From Opitutales bacterium (GTDB lineage Bacteria > Verrucomicrobiota > Verrucomicrobiia > Opitutales > PNEW01): a stretch of 32,000 nucleotides of DNA. The DNA lies in assembly GCA_965219535.1 (NCBI GenBank), contig CBDCNV010000001.1, forward strand, positions 1,140,001 through 1,172,000. Reading direction: 5' to 3'. The notes below the pieces were generated by a model. It searched no databases, was not told where the DNA came from, and saw only the letters and a program-made list of their open reading frames with translations. This document shows, piece by piece, positions 14,096 through 23,610 of this stretch. Position numbers and translations under genes: made by a program. The stretch's first letter is position 1. Each line of letters begins with the position of its first letter.

Positions 14096-15505
14096 ATGGA
14101 TGGTGTGAGTATCAAAGGAGCTGAAATATTAATCGTTGAAGACGAGCCACTCTTGCGAAAACGATTAGCGGGTTTCCTTGAAAATGAGGGCGCCGGAGTC
14201 ACGGCAACTGAAAATATTGAAGGTGCCACTAATTGTTTAAACGACCTGCATTTTGATTACGCATTAATTGATATAAATTTACCCGATGGTTCGGGAATTG
14301 ATCTTTTACGAAATAAAAAGGTATCTGCAAATACGAGCGTCGTCATTATGACTGCTGAAGGCGGTGTGGAAAGTGCGGTTGAAGCCATGCGCCTCGGTGC
14401 CTCAGATTATTTGAGTAAGCCATTTGATCTCGAAGAATTACCGTTAATTTTCAAGCGCTGCGCGCTGGTCCGTCATACTGAGCGTTTACAGGAACATCAA
14501 CGTGAAGAGGGCTCTCGAGTTGAAGAGCAATTCTATTTTGGAAAATCCCTGAACACGGTTGAAAAGCAACTTGAGCAAATAATAAATGCCGACCGCCGAT
14601 TGGGAGAGGGGCTGCCACCTGTCCTGATCGAGGGCGAGACCGGTAGTGGGAAAACAGCCATCGCTCGCTGGTTGCATCACCGCGGACCTAGAGCTGCTCA
14701 ATCTCTGGTCGAGATTAACGGTTCGACATTACCAGAAAATCTAGCTGAATCAGAACTGTTCGGTCATGAGCGCGGAGCTTTCACCGATGCTAAAAATGCC
14801 CGAATCGGCCTCTTTGAAGCTGCAGATGGGGGCACGCTGTTTCTCGATGAACTCCCTAGTTTATCGTTAGCTGTACAGGCCAAAATATTGACTGCGATTG
14901 AAGATCGCAAAATCCGCAGGGTGGGGGGGAATAAAGAAATCCCCGTCGATGTACGTTTGATCACGGCTACGAATAAAGATCTGCAAGAACTTGTCACCAC
15001 CGGTGCCTTTCGCGAGGATCTGTATCACCGGCTCGACCTGATGCGCATCAATATTCCACCCTTACGCGAACGTGGTAAAGATATTATTAATTTGGCTTCT
15101 CATTTGCTCGAAGATCTATCTCACCGTTACCGCGTGAAAAAAGCTGAAATTTCTGATCTCGGAATTAAAAGACTGCTCGCTTATGCTTGGCCGGGTAACG
15201 TGCGCGAGTTGGCCCATGAGTTGGAACGTTCTATAGTTATGTTAGAAAATGATAGCCTGGATTTCGATCGCCTTGATAAAGCATCGACAATTAACAAAAG
15301 TCACGATGAGGCCATACTGGACGCAACTGATTGGTTTAATGAAAGCTTTGTTTTTCCGGAAGGTGAATTCAAGCTTGAGGAAGCCATTTCACGAATTATT
15401 CAACAGGCGCTTAAACAATCGAATAACAATGTATCCGCGGCGGCTCGCCTACTTGGCGTGCCCCGTGATTACATCCGTTATCGCTTGTCGGGGCAGAAGA
15501 AATAG
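14096..15505 (+). CDS. Sigma54-dependent response regulator (NtrC/ZraR class: REC + AAA+ + Fis-type HTH)
   Basis: The REC domain is ILIVEDE..LIDINLPDGSG. Walker A is GETGSGKT. The GAFTGA-type loop is ERGAFTDA, followed by GGTLFLDE. The C-terminal HTH is NVSAAARLLGVPRDYIRYRL. Confidence 0.9.
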   Translation: MDGVSIKGAEILIVEDEPLLRKRLAGFLENEGAGVTATENIEGATNCLNDLHFDYALIDINLPDGSGIDLLRNKKVSANTSVVIMTAEGGVESAVEAMRLGASDYLSKPFDLEELPLIFKRCALVRHTERLQEHQREEGSRVEEQFYFGKSLNTVEKQLEQIINADRRLGEGLPPVLIEGETGSGKTAIARWLHHRGPRAAQSLVEINGSTLPENLAESELFGHERGAFTDAKNARIGLFEAADGGTLFLDELPSLSLAVQAKILTAIEDRKIRRVGGNKEIPVDVRLITATNKDLQELVTTGAFREDLYHRLDLMRINIPPLRERGKDIINLASHLLEDLSHRYRVKKAEISDLGIKRLLAYAWPGNVRELAHELERSIVMLENDSLDFDRLDKASTINKSHDEAILDATDWFNESFVFPEGEFKLEEAISRIIQQALKQSNNNVSAAARLLGVPRDYIRYRLSGQKK

Positions 15506-15515
15506 GTTACAATCT

Positions 15516-15577
15516 GGGGAGCATTTACCAATAAATCAGAGCATTTACCCTTATTAATGGGGAATATGTACCAATAA
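15516..15577. promoter_or_regulatory. Candidate enhancer (UAS) repeats upstream of the sigma54 promoter
   Basis: ggggagcatttaccaataa (15516-15534) and ggggaatatgtaccaataa (15559-15577) match at 16 of 19 positions and start 43 bp apart. A partial copy, agagcatttaccc, is at 15538-15550. The repeats sit 80-140 bp upstream of the -24/-12 element. Confidence 0.45.
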
Positions 15578-15658
15578 CCTGGAACTGATGGATTTAACTA
15601 TGGAGTCTTATTAACTTAAGTAATTTATTATTAATGACTTGCGTTTATTTGAAACACT

Positions 15659-15674
15659 TGGCATAAGCTTTGCT
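15659..15674 (+). promoter_or_regulatory. Sigma54 (-24/-12) promoter TGGCATaagctTTGCT
   Basis: It matches the consensus TGGCAC-N5-TTGCW with exact GG-N10-GC spacing. It is 48 nt upstream of ATG 15722 and directly downstream of a sigma54 activator gene. Confidence 0.75.
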
Positions 15675-15721
15675 TTTATATCAGTAAAACTATCGATCCT
15701 ATAATATCTATCATAGCTATC

Positions 15722-16354
15722 ATGAAACAATTATTAAACATACTATTCACTCTCACCTTTGCTATTTTCACCTTGGGGCTTCACGCACAGGATAACACTA
15801 CTGATGCTACAGATACCACGAATGATTCAACGACCATTGAGCGGCCGGAACTTCAACCGATCGAATTGTCAGACGAAATCAAAAATATTCTCGACCAATA
15901 TCGCAATGAGCAGGATTCCTTGCGCGCTGAATTAAGGGCGCGATTGGATGCATTGGAAGAGCCGACTAGAGATTCAAGGCGTGAACTTATTGAAGCTTTT
16001 CGTCGTGAACACGCTACTCGGATTGCGGTTCAAAGAGAACGCTCAATTGATATTCGTAATGCCCAACTCCAGCATCGATTAGATAATATCACTGACCGCC
16101 CTGTTCGTGATGATTTATCTACAGCCGTTACCGATCGCAAAGCACTTTTTGAACAAAGGAGAGCTGAGCTGCTAGAAAAGCGTCGTGCTTTGCGCAGCGA
16201 CTTGGAAAGTGCCTCGAATGAAGATCGCCTGAAAATTATAGAAGATTTTCGTGAAGAAAATCGTCAACTGTTGCGCGACCAAAAACAATTGCGCAGGCAG
16301 CTGAGAGATGATCTGCGTGATGATCTCAGTGGCGATCGTCGGCCGACCGAATAG
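15722..16354 (+). CDS. Secreted highly charged alpha-helical (coiled-coil-like) protein
   Basis: The signal peptide is MKQLLNILFTLTFAIFTLGLHAQ. The rest is R/E/D/L/Q-rich helical sequence with no enzyme motif. Confidence 0.7.
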   Translation: MKQLLNILFTLTFAIFTLGLHAQDNTTDATDTTNDSTTIERPELQPIELSDEIKNILDQYRNEQDSLRAELRARLDALEEPTRDSRRELIEAFRREHATRIAVQRERSIDIRNAQLQHRLDNITDRPVRDDLSTAVTDRKALFEQRRAELLEKRRALRSDLESASNEDRLKIIEDFREENRQLLRDQKQLRRQLRDDLRDDLSGDRRPTE

Positions 16355-16526
16355 GGTAGACCTGCGACTTACTGCTATTCGTTATCGTCACAGGGTCAGA
16401 CGATGCGGTGATGTCAGGCTGACACGATTCCTTGTCAACTCGATATCATACCGAAACCACAACCTGTGAGTTTCATTGTGTAATCATTATACTTCAGATT
16501 AATTTTAAACGAGAAAGACTAGAGCA

Positions 16527-17669
16527 TTGCTTCAAAAATGGATAAAATATTTTTCTGCGTTTTTTCTGATTCCTCATTTACTTTGGTCACAGGATGATGC
16601 CACGCTCGATGATTGGTTATTCAATGACGACATCATATTAGAAGAGCGTCTTTGGGATAAAGATATTAATCTGCGTATTAGCTCCGGGTATAGTGACAAC
16701 GTTCTTCTCGCTTCAGTTTTTGAACAAGGATCTGGATTTATCGGCGCGGAGGTTGAAATGTTCACCTGGAGAAAACCTCGAAAAGGGCAGATGGACATCC
16801 ATTTATATTTTGATGCATTGCAAACCTATTACTTTGATGTTGATGGGATCGATAATGAATGGTTGGTTATCTCACAGGGACAGATTAGCAAACGGTTTAA
16901 TGATCGATGGACGGTTGGAGCCTCCCTACAAGGTAGTTATGTTGATCAGGTGTATGACATTTCACCGACCGGATTTGAACTCGATACCACGACACTCGAG
17001 GCTGTAGATTTAAAGTTTACTCCATTTTTAAAGCTCAAATACAATAATGGCTATTTCGCCAGAGTGGCTATTGATCTACGGCGAGATTTTTTTCGCGACA
17101 CTACGTTTGACTTTACAGAACCAGCGATAGAAATTCAGGCCGGTAAGCGTTTTGATCAAGGATCCTCCATCCGTTTAGATTATGCATTCGCTTATCGATT
17201 CTTTGACAATAGAGAGCAGCGCAACACAAATGGTTTTCCTCTGCGCGGCACTTCCCTGGAATGGGAATCACACTCCCTTGATGGCCGTTGGGACCACTAT
17301 TGGAATAAAGATAAATCTATTCAAAGCCGGACCAAAATTGGCTTTAAATGGAACTTGGATAACGGTGATGGATATTACGACTATTCCCTTTATAAAGTAA
17401 GCGAATCTATTATAATTTATTTAAATAATTGGGTAATTGAGGGAGAATTTGCATACAAGTATTACGATTACGCGACCCAAACGGTCAGCTTCGATAATCC
17501 CGATGGACGTTATCTTACCCAGATGAACACAATGTTTAAGGTAGAGAGAATGATAAGTGAGAGTTGGAAATTATATTTCGAGTATCTACGCGAAAGAAGC
17601 CGTTCCAACCGGACTGAAGACAAGTATACAGCTAATCGCGCCCTGATAGGAATCGATTGGCTTTTTTAA
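16527..17669 (+). CDS. Putative outer-membrane beta-barrel protein
   Basis: It has a TTG start and a signal-like N-terminus (FSAFFLIPHLLWSQD). Alternating aromatic/polar strands run throughout, and the C-terminus ..IGIDWLF ends in Phe as in many OMPs. Confidence 0.6.
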   Translation: MLQKWIKYFSAFFLIPHLLWSQDDATLDDWLFNDDIILEERLWDKDINLRISSGYSDNVLLASVFEQGSGFIGAEVEMFTWRKPRKGQMDIHLYFDALQTYYFDVDGIDNEWLVISQGQISKRFNDRWTVGASLQGSYVDQVYDISPTGFELDTTTLEAVDLKFTPFLKLKYNNGYFARVAIDLRRDFFRDTTFDFTEPAIEIQAGKRFDQGSSIRLDYAFAYRFFDNREQRNTNGFPLRGTSLEWESHSLDGRWDHYWNKDKSIQSRTKIGFKWNLDNGDGYYDYSLYKVSESIIIYLNNWVIEGEFAYKYYDYATQTVSFDNPDGRYLTQMNTMFKVERMISESWKLYFEYLRERSRSNRTEDKYTANRALIGIDWLF

Positions 17670-17780
17670 AAAAGAAGATGAAGACGGCCCTATATTTCCT
17701 TTCAAACTATCCTCTGTTCTTGAAGCAATAATTTAAAATTCTGCACAACGGACAATTAAAATAAAGCAAAGGCAGTTAAC

Positions 17781-19211
17781 TTGAGTATTCAATCAGAGCG
17801 TCGCCCATTTCCAGGAATTCCGATTTTAGTGGTTATGATAACAACCCTTATCTTCGGAAGCTTGATTTTTATTATGGGCCTAAAGTCCCGTCGGGAGATT
17901 CGGAGCCAGATTATAAATCGTGATGCGGAAGTTTTATATTCTTTAACCCTGATGGAGTTCAATCGTGCCGAGGAAGAGGCATTAGCCAATCCCTGGTTAA
18001 TGGATATCGGTACCGATCTATTAACAGTTGTCCTTAAAACTTCGGAAATGAAAAACGTTATTGCAGTCAGGATTTTTAATCATGACGGGCAGTTTATAGA
18101 TGCCTTACCGCTTGAATTTCTAAAAGGTGAATTGGATGGAGATGAAATACTAAAAGCCAGGCAACTGCAGCCGATTAGTGAATATCATCCGGGGGTTCGC
18201 CTCAGCAACTATTTTGTCAACCCTTTCGGGATGGAAGATGATTCCTCCTTTCCTCTATTGGAAGTCATTTTACCCCTGCACAAGGCGGACTCAGAGGAAA
18301 TATTGGGGATTGCTCAGTACCTGATCGACGGGGCTAGTATCGAAACTGATTTTGCCGCCCTCGACCGCAATCTTTTTATCCAGGCGGGAATTGCCTTCGG
18401 AAGCGGGACGCTCATCATCGCCTTGATATTGATTTTATCTTTTCGGCGACTTCAACGTTACAGCGAATTGCTTGAAGACCGAAGCGAACGCCTTTTGGAC
18501 GCTAACCATGAGCTCGCTCTGGCAGCTAAATCCTCCGCTATTGGAGCAGTAACTTCCCATCTCATTCACGGGCTAAAAAATCCATTGTCCGGCTTACAGG
18601 ATTTCGTAAAGGGTAGGGATGGTGAAAGGCGACAGGATTCAGATGAGGATTGGCAGACCGCAGCAGAGTCTGCACGAAGGATGCAAATTATGATTCAAGA
18701 AATTACTTCCGTTCTTCAAGAGCAAGAAACCGCCCAGAATTACGATTTTACCCTCCAGGAAATTAGAGATATCGTAGTGAGCAAAGTCGAAGCACTTGCC
18801 GAAAAATCAGGTATTACCTTTGATGCCGGAGAAACACCCATAAGCAATCTCGATAGCCGTCGGGGTAATCTTCTTTTACTCGTCTTGATGAATCTCATAC
18901 AAAATGCAATCGAAGCGACACCTTCAGGTAATAAAGTAGCTCTCGAATTTCACGATTGTGACAACCGCGTAGAGATTCACGTTATCGATGAAGGACCTGG
19001 CCTTCCATCAACTATTCAGGACAATTTATTTTCACCCTGTCAAAGTAGTAAAGAGAATGGTAGTGGCATCGGTCTCGCCATCAGTTACCAACTGGCGAAG
19101 CACATCGATGCAGAAATTACACTTCATAAAACTGGATCTGATGGTACTTGCTTTATTGTCAGTATTGCGATTTCAACTGCTGCAGAGGAAAATAAAAATA
19201 ATATATCTTAG
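17781..19211 (+). CDS. Sensor histidine kinase (two TM segments, periplasmic domain, HisKA + HATPase)
   Basis: It has a TTG start. TM helices lie at about aa 12-33 and 200-221. The H-box is SHLIHGLKNPLSGL, the N-box is NLIQNAIEA, G1 is DEGPGL and G2 is GSGIGLAIS. Confidence 0.85.
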   Translation: MSIQSERRPFPGIPILVVMITTLIFGSLIFIMGLKSRREIRSQIINRDAEVLYSLTLMEFNRAEEEALANPWLMDIGTDLLTVVLKTSEMKNVIAVRIFNHDGQFIDALPLEFLKGELDGDEILKARQLQPISEYHPGVRLSNYFVNPFGMEDDSSFPLLEVILPLHKADSEEILGIAQYLIDGASIETDFAALDRNLFIQAGIAFGSGTLIIALILILSFRRLQRYSELLEDRSERLLDANHELALAAKSSAIGAVTSHLIHGLKNPLSGLQDFVKGRDGERRQDSDEDWQTAAESARRMQIMIQEITSVLQEQETAQNYDFTLQEIRDIVVSKVEALAEKSGITFDAGETPISNLDSRRGNLLLLVLMNLIQNAIEATPSGNKVALEFHDCDNRVEIHVIDEGPGLPSTIQDNLFSPCQSSKENGSGIGLAISYQLAKHIDAEITLHKTGSDGTCFIVSIAISTAAEENKNNIS

Positions 19212-19224
19212 TTAATTAGCGAAT

Positions 19225-21210
19225 ATGTTTTATCAAACTATGAGGAAGACATTCACAACCCTCTCCATCCTCTTATTTCCAATTTTATTGATGGGACAAG
19301 TCCCTGGTGAAGAACTGTGGAAGCTCAATGCCGGTGGAATTATATTCTCCTCTCCTGCCATTGCTAATGACGGGACGATTTATGTAGGGTCGCAAAATAA
19401 CAAGCTAAACGCGATTAATCCGGATGGATCTTTAAAATGGCAATTTACGGCGAATGATTTCATTGACTCCTCGCCGGCCATTGGCCCGGATGGCACCGTT
19501 TATGTCGGATCGTGGGATAATATGCTCTATGCAATAAATCCTGATAACGGGGCCAAAATATGGGAATATGAAACGGGAAGTCTTATTTTTGCCTCACCAG
19601 CGGTAGGTGAAGATGGCATGATATATGTCGGCTCGTCAGACGGATTTTTCTACGCGATTAACCCGGACGGCACCCTGAAATGGACTCTAACCACGACCGA
19701 CGAACTTGATTCATCACCCGCTATTGGGTTTGACGGCGCAATCTATTTTGGTAGCTATGAAGGCAAACTTTACGCACGAAATCCCAATGGTATTATGAAG
19801 TGGACTTTCGATGTGGATGTCATTGAAGGCGAAGACAGCCGCATTATATCTTCACCCGCGGTAGATATACAGGATAACGTTTATTTTGGATCGGGTAATA
19901 ATATATTCTATTCCCTCAATTCTGATGGTAATATCAATTGGTCATTTGTCACAAATGGTAAAATCGATTCCTCACCTGCTTTGGGGCCCAATGGTAATGT
20001 TTATTTCGCGACGCGCGAAGGTTTTCTCTATTGCCTGGACGATAACGGTATTGAACAGTGGTCAATTCTCGTAGGCGATGTCTTTTATAGTTCGCCTGTT
20101 GTCGATAGTCAGGGCAATGTATACATCGCGGCCTTTGTTGGAAGTAACACAAGTCGGCTTTTTGCATTCGATTCAGATGGCACTGAACTTTGGTCTAAAA
20201 GTTTCGTTGGTCTTATCGATTCTTCGCCTTCAATTTCACCCGATGGGAGTCTCACTATCGGCAGTTATGATCAAAATCTATATTCTCTGTTTACGGGAAA
20301 TTCATTGGCAGACAGTGACTGGCCAAAATTTAGAAGCACGCTAACCAATGACGGAAATATCTTAATCAACCTGCAATTTAATCTCATTTTAGAAGGATTG
20401 GGTGATGTCGTGGGGGAAGATATTGTCCATCCAAATGGAAACGTTTTCGATCAGGTTCTACTAACCGGTCAGAGCGTTAAATTACGCGCTAAGACAAATC
20501 AGATTACCCGTGTCTCCTTTCTCGATGAGAACGAGGATATTGTTCAGGTAGAATTTTTCGGTAATGGAAGTTTTACTCTCAACCTCGATCCGAGTACCTT
20601 CATCCCCCCCGCTTTACCTGCGAAATATAATCAAAACGTTTTCTATGTGAGAGGTCGTCCCAGTGTAGTGATTGAAGGAGCGGACGCAGATACTTTTTTT
20701 GCTATTTTCACCGTTGGCAGCATAAATGCCGTCAATCAAGCCTTGTTCCCGGAGGGAGTTGTATATGACGCCCAAGCGAATGTGACATTAGTGGAAGTCA
20801 TCAACTCCTCGGGTATGGGAGGGATGCTCCTTTCGAACACAATATTTTCCGCAGACACAGGGAAAACAGGAATCGATGCGGAAAGCGTGCCAATCGCCGT
20901 GCGATTGACGTTAGGTGATATTGACGCCAGCAATAACGCCTCACCGCACCTGCTGTTCGGGCCGGGCTCTTTTACCGTGGCATCTCAATTTCCCGGTTTG
21001 AGAATAACCGGTGGAGATCTCATGCAAAGTAATGGATCATCGATAATTATCGCGCCCAGTGGATCGACGACGCCAGGTTTTGATACCCTGACATCGCAGA
21101 ATAACTTCAAATCTGACAATACTCCCCTGCCAACTCAGAGTATTGACGCCACTTTTATCAACGCCGACGGGACGCAACTGTCGGTTACGATTGAAGAGGT
21201 TACCTTTTAA
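19225..21210 (+). CDS. Secreted PQQ-like beta-propeller repeat protein with an unassigned ~290-aa C-terminal region
   Basis: There is a signal peptide and then about 8 repeats of the pattern SSPAIGxDGTIYVGSxDxxLYAINPDGxxKW. The region after about aa 370 has no motif I recognise. Confidence 0.75.
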   Translation: MFYQTMRKTFTTLSILLFPILLMGQVPGEELWKLNAGGIIFSSPAIANDGTIYVGSQNNKLNAINPDGSLKWQFTANDFIDSSPAIGPDGTVYVGSWDNMLYAINPDNGAKIWEYETGSLIFASPAVGEDGMIYVGSSDGFFYAINPDGTLKWTLTTTDELDSSPAIGFDGAIYFGSYEGKLYARNPNGIMKWTFDVDVIEGEDSRIISSPAVDIQDNVYFGSGNNIFYSLNSDGNINWSFVTNGKIDSSPALGPNGNVYFATREGFLYCLDDNGIEQWSILVGDVFYSSPVVDSQGNVYIAAFVGSNTSRLFAFDSDGTELWSKSFVGLIDSSPSISPDGSLTIGSYDQNLYSLFTGNSLADSDWPKFRSTLTNDGNILINLQFNLILEGLGDVVGEDIVHPNGNVFDQVLLTGQSVKLRAKTNQITRVSFLDENEDIVQVEFFGNGSFTLNLDPSTFIPPALPAKYNQNVFYVRGRPSVVIEGADADTFFAIFTVGSINAVNQALFPEGVVYDAQANVTLVEVINSSGMGGMLLSNTIFSADTGKTGIDAESVPIAVRLTLGDIDASNNASPHLLFGPGSFTVASQFPGLRITGGDLMQSNGSSIIIAPSGSTTPGFDTLTSQNNFKSDNTPLPTQSIDATFINADGTQLSVTIEEVTF

Positions 21211-21308
21211 CTTAGGGTTTCAGAATAGGGTAAAAACGATATACATCGTCTTAAAACAACCCCGTTTATATTTTTTCTAAACGTTATGATCTAAACCTAT
21301 GCTCTTAA

Positions 21309-21608
21309 TCAACCAGCATTGGGATCCACGCATTTCGGACCTAATTTGGGATCCTTAGAAGCGAAGATTTGCGGGAATTTTTCAGCCTCTTCATTTTTAG
21401 CGACCCAACTTTCAAGCTCATCTGGTAAATCGGCGTCACGGTAAATGGCTTCTACCGGACATTCGGGAACACAAGCGTCACAGTCGATGCATGAATCTGG
21501 ATTGATGTAGAGGCAGTCGGGAGCTTCGTGAAATGCTTCAACCGGGCAAACATCAACACAGCTTGTGTATACGCAATCAACACATTTGTCAGTAACTATA
21601 TATGCCAT
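21309..21608 (-). CDS. 7Fe-type ferredoxin ([3Fe-4S][4Fe-4S], FdxA-like)
   Basis: The 99-aa product begins AYIVTDKCVDCVYTSCVDVCPVEAF...CIDCDACVPECPVEAI, matching the Cys spacing of Azotobacter-type ferredoxins. Confidence 0.85.
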   Translation of the reverse strand: MAYIVTDKCVDCVYTSCVDVCPVEAFHEAPDCLYINPDSCIDCDACVPECPVEAIYRDADLPDELESWVAKNEEAEKFPQIFASKDPKLGPKCVDPNAG

Positions 21609-21750
21609 AATTCGCCTTAATCTTAAGAGGTGGTCTTTATTAGATTAGAAATTAAAATGTAATTAATAATGATTACAGATTCAGATAGGAAAATCCCTAT
21701 AAGAATATTCCTTGTCTCTTTGTCAAGCTCCTTAGTCTAGATGGGTTGAT

Positions 21751-21776
21751 GGTCAAAAGGTCAAAAAGCGGAAAGG
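21751..21776. repeat. Solo heptamer/octamer word array upstream of the ferredoxin gene
   Basis: The array is ggtcaaaaggtcaaaaagcggaaagg. I found no clear partner arm. The surrounding 21780-22100 holds decayed modules (ggtggaacgcggtg at 21934-21947, the CGCCAAGGCTATGGC module at 21948-21981). Confidence 0.7.
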
Positions 21777-22106
21777 CGAGTAACCTTACTTATGTCCCCC
21801 TGCTGGGGGCTAATAGCCTAGTTCACTAATATGATTTATATTTATCTTCGTTTTCGACCACGCTTGCCACATCGTAGACTACTGCGAAGACGGGTCTGCC
21901 TCTTAGTCCATCCAGTTATTAATAGAATAGATAGGTGGAACGCGGTGCCTGACGGCCTTCGCCAAGGCTATGGCGGTCAGGACTTCGATGAGCTCAGCTG
22001 AATCGCAGCCCGCTCCACCATGGATTGCAAGATAATCTATATTTGCCAGGGACAAAGACCAATACGACGAATCCATACGCTCTTACTTTACACCGTACTG
22101 TTACAT

Positions 22107-22265
22107 TTATTTATAACGTTTAATTAAAAAATATTTTAAACTATCAAATTGCTCTTTAGTTAAACGGCCCGCGAAATCTGCAGCATCGAGTTTTTTTACC
22201 ACGCTTTTGGGTAAAGTTATTTTCAATCTGGCGAGAATTTTATTTTGCGTTTCGTAATTTGCCTC
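22107..22265 (-). pseudogene. C-terminal half of a small secreted-protein gene split by IS copy 2
   Basis: It reads (E)ANYETQNKILARLKITLPKSVVKKLDAADFAGRLTKEQFDSLKYFLIKRYK*. It joins in frame to 23611-23827 once the IS and one GAGG duplication are removed. Confidence 0.7.
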
Positions 22266-22292
22266 TGATCGGACCCCGTTTTTCGTACCAAT

Positions 22293-23258
22293 TTAAGTGA
22301 GAGAGTTACCGGGTGTTAATGGTTTTAGGATTGATGTATATGAGAGATCTTGGCGAAGTGAGGGCGTAGCCCGAACGCGGCCAAGATCGGAAAGGAATCT
22401 GACAAACTCTTGTGGGCTTTTGAAGCCTAAACGACTGTGGGGATGTTCATGGTTATAGGTCTGACGCCATTGTTCGATTACCACTTGCGCTTCAGCCACG
22501 CTGAGTAACACTTCACGGTTCAAACACTCATCGCGTAAGCGGTTGTGAAACGACTCGATGAAACCGTTTTGCCAGGGACTGCCCGGATCGATATAGATCG
22601 CCTTTATGTTATTACCGGACAACCACTGCTGCACTTGATGAGCAATGAACTCACTGCCGTTGTCACTACGGATATAGCTGGGAGGTCCCTCCTCTTCAAT
22701 GGCCTCGCTAAGCACAGAGAGGACATCGGTTGAGGTGAGTTGACGAGCGACCCGGATATCCAGGCATTTACGCGTATATGTCTTCGCTTCGCTTGAGTGT
22801 CGTCGCTTTCAGCTCCTCGGTACATCGATTAGAGTCATCATCTTTAATGGACCGCCGTTGTCTGTACGATCATGGACAAAGTCCCAGGACCAAACGTGAT
22901 TGCGACCCTTTGCTTTAGTAGGTGACCCCGTAGAGACTCCTTGACGGTGTCTGCCCTTTTTCGGGGGCTTTACCTGCAGCCCTTCTGAACGTCGTACCGC
23001 CTGGACAAACTTCCTGCTTGTTGTCCAGCCTTCCTTTACCAGCAAGGCACGGATGCGCCGGTAACCGTAGCGGGGATGTTTCCAGGACAAGCTCACAATC
23101 CGCTCGACCAACCGCTGAGCTTTCTCACTGGCCTGTTTGGGCCGGTAACTGAACGTTGACCAACTCAGGCTGAGATAAGCACAAGCCCTCCGCAACGAGC
23201 ACAACCCTTTCTCAGCCGCAGCTTTTACTACTCGTTTCTTCTGCTTTGGGCTCACCAT
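22293..23258 (-). pseudogene. OrfB of IS copy 2, with the same in-frame TGA (22809-22811)
   Basis: Track ORFs 22293-22715 and 22809-23258 are identical to those of copy 1. Confidence 0.75.
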
Positions 23259-23332
23259 TTTTTTGACAGCGTTTCCTCCATTACCTGATTCTTGAGCATT
23301 TGATCTGCGAGCAGCTTCTTCAGCTCGGTATG

Positions 23333-23545
23333 TCAGGCCTTCTCGCTTGCGCTCGTGAATTCTTTTTCCAGCTCTTTAAATCGCTTCGCATCGGCAAGTT
23401 CTAAATTGCCATATTTTTTACGCCAGCGATAGAAAGTCTGTTCGCTCAGGTTGTTTCCACGGCAGATTTCCTGTACCGTTTTACCGGTATCGGCTTGCCG
23501 CAATATTGTTATAATCTGTTCTGTTGTGTATCTTTTTCTTTTCAT
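23333..23545 (-). CDS. OrfA (HTH) of IS copy 2
   Basis: Its 70-aa product is identical to that of 693-905. Confidence 0.75.
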   Translation of the reverse strand: MKRKRYTTEQIITILRQADTGKTVQEICRGNNLSEQTFYRWRKKYGNLELADAKRFKELEKEFTSASEKA

Positions 23546-23610
23546 TGAGGTTATCTGTTTATCCCGATAACCTCTCTCTGTAAATGATACGATTTTTGGG
23601 GGTCACTCCA

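Larger units (their letters stand above)
22266..23610 (-). mobile_element. IS3-family insertion sequence, copy 2 (inverted relative to copy 1)
   Basis: All ORF translations are identical to copy 1, and the non-coding parts I compared are identical. I saw one difference (1732 G versus 22506 T, which is A in IS sense, a synonymous Leu codon). The element is flanked by a 4-bp direct repeat, cctc (22262-22265 and 23611-23614). Confidence 0.9.

Noticed and set aside
21211-21308. A possible bidirectional terminator between the convergent propeller and ferredoxin genes (aaaacaaccccgttt followed by a T-run).
   Set aside because: The stem is only 4-5 bp, which is not convincing.
628-23610. The two inverted IS copies might form a ~23-kb composite transposon.
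   Set aside because: The outer flanks do not form a direct repeat (agag at 624-627 versus cctc at 23611-23614). Copy 2 has its own intact 4-bp duplication and splits a single gene cleanly, so it inserted on its own. Copy 1 sits at a rearrangement junction.
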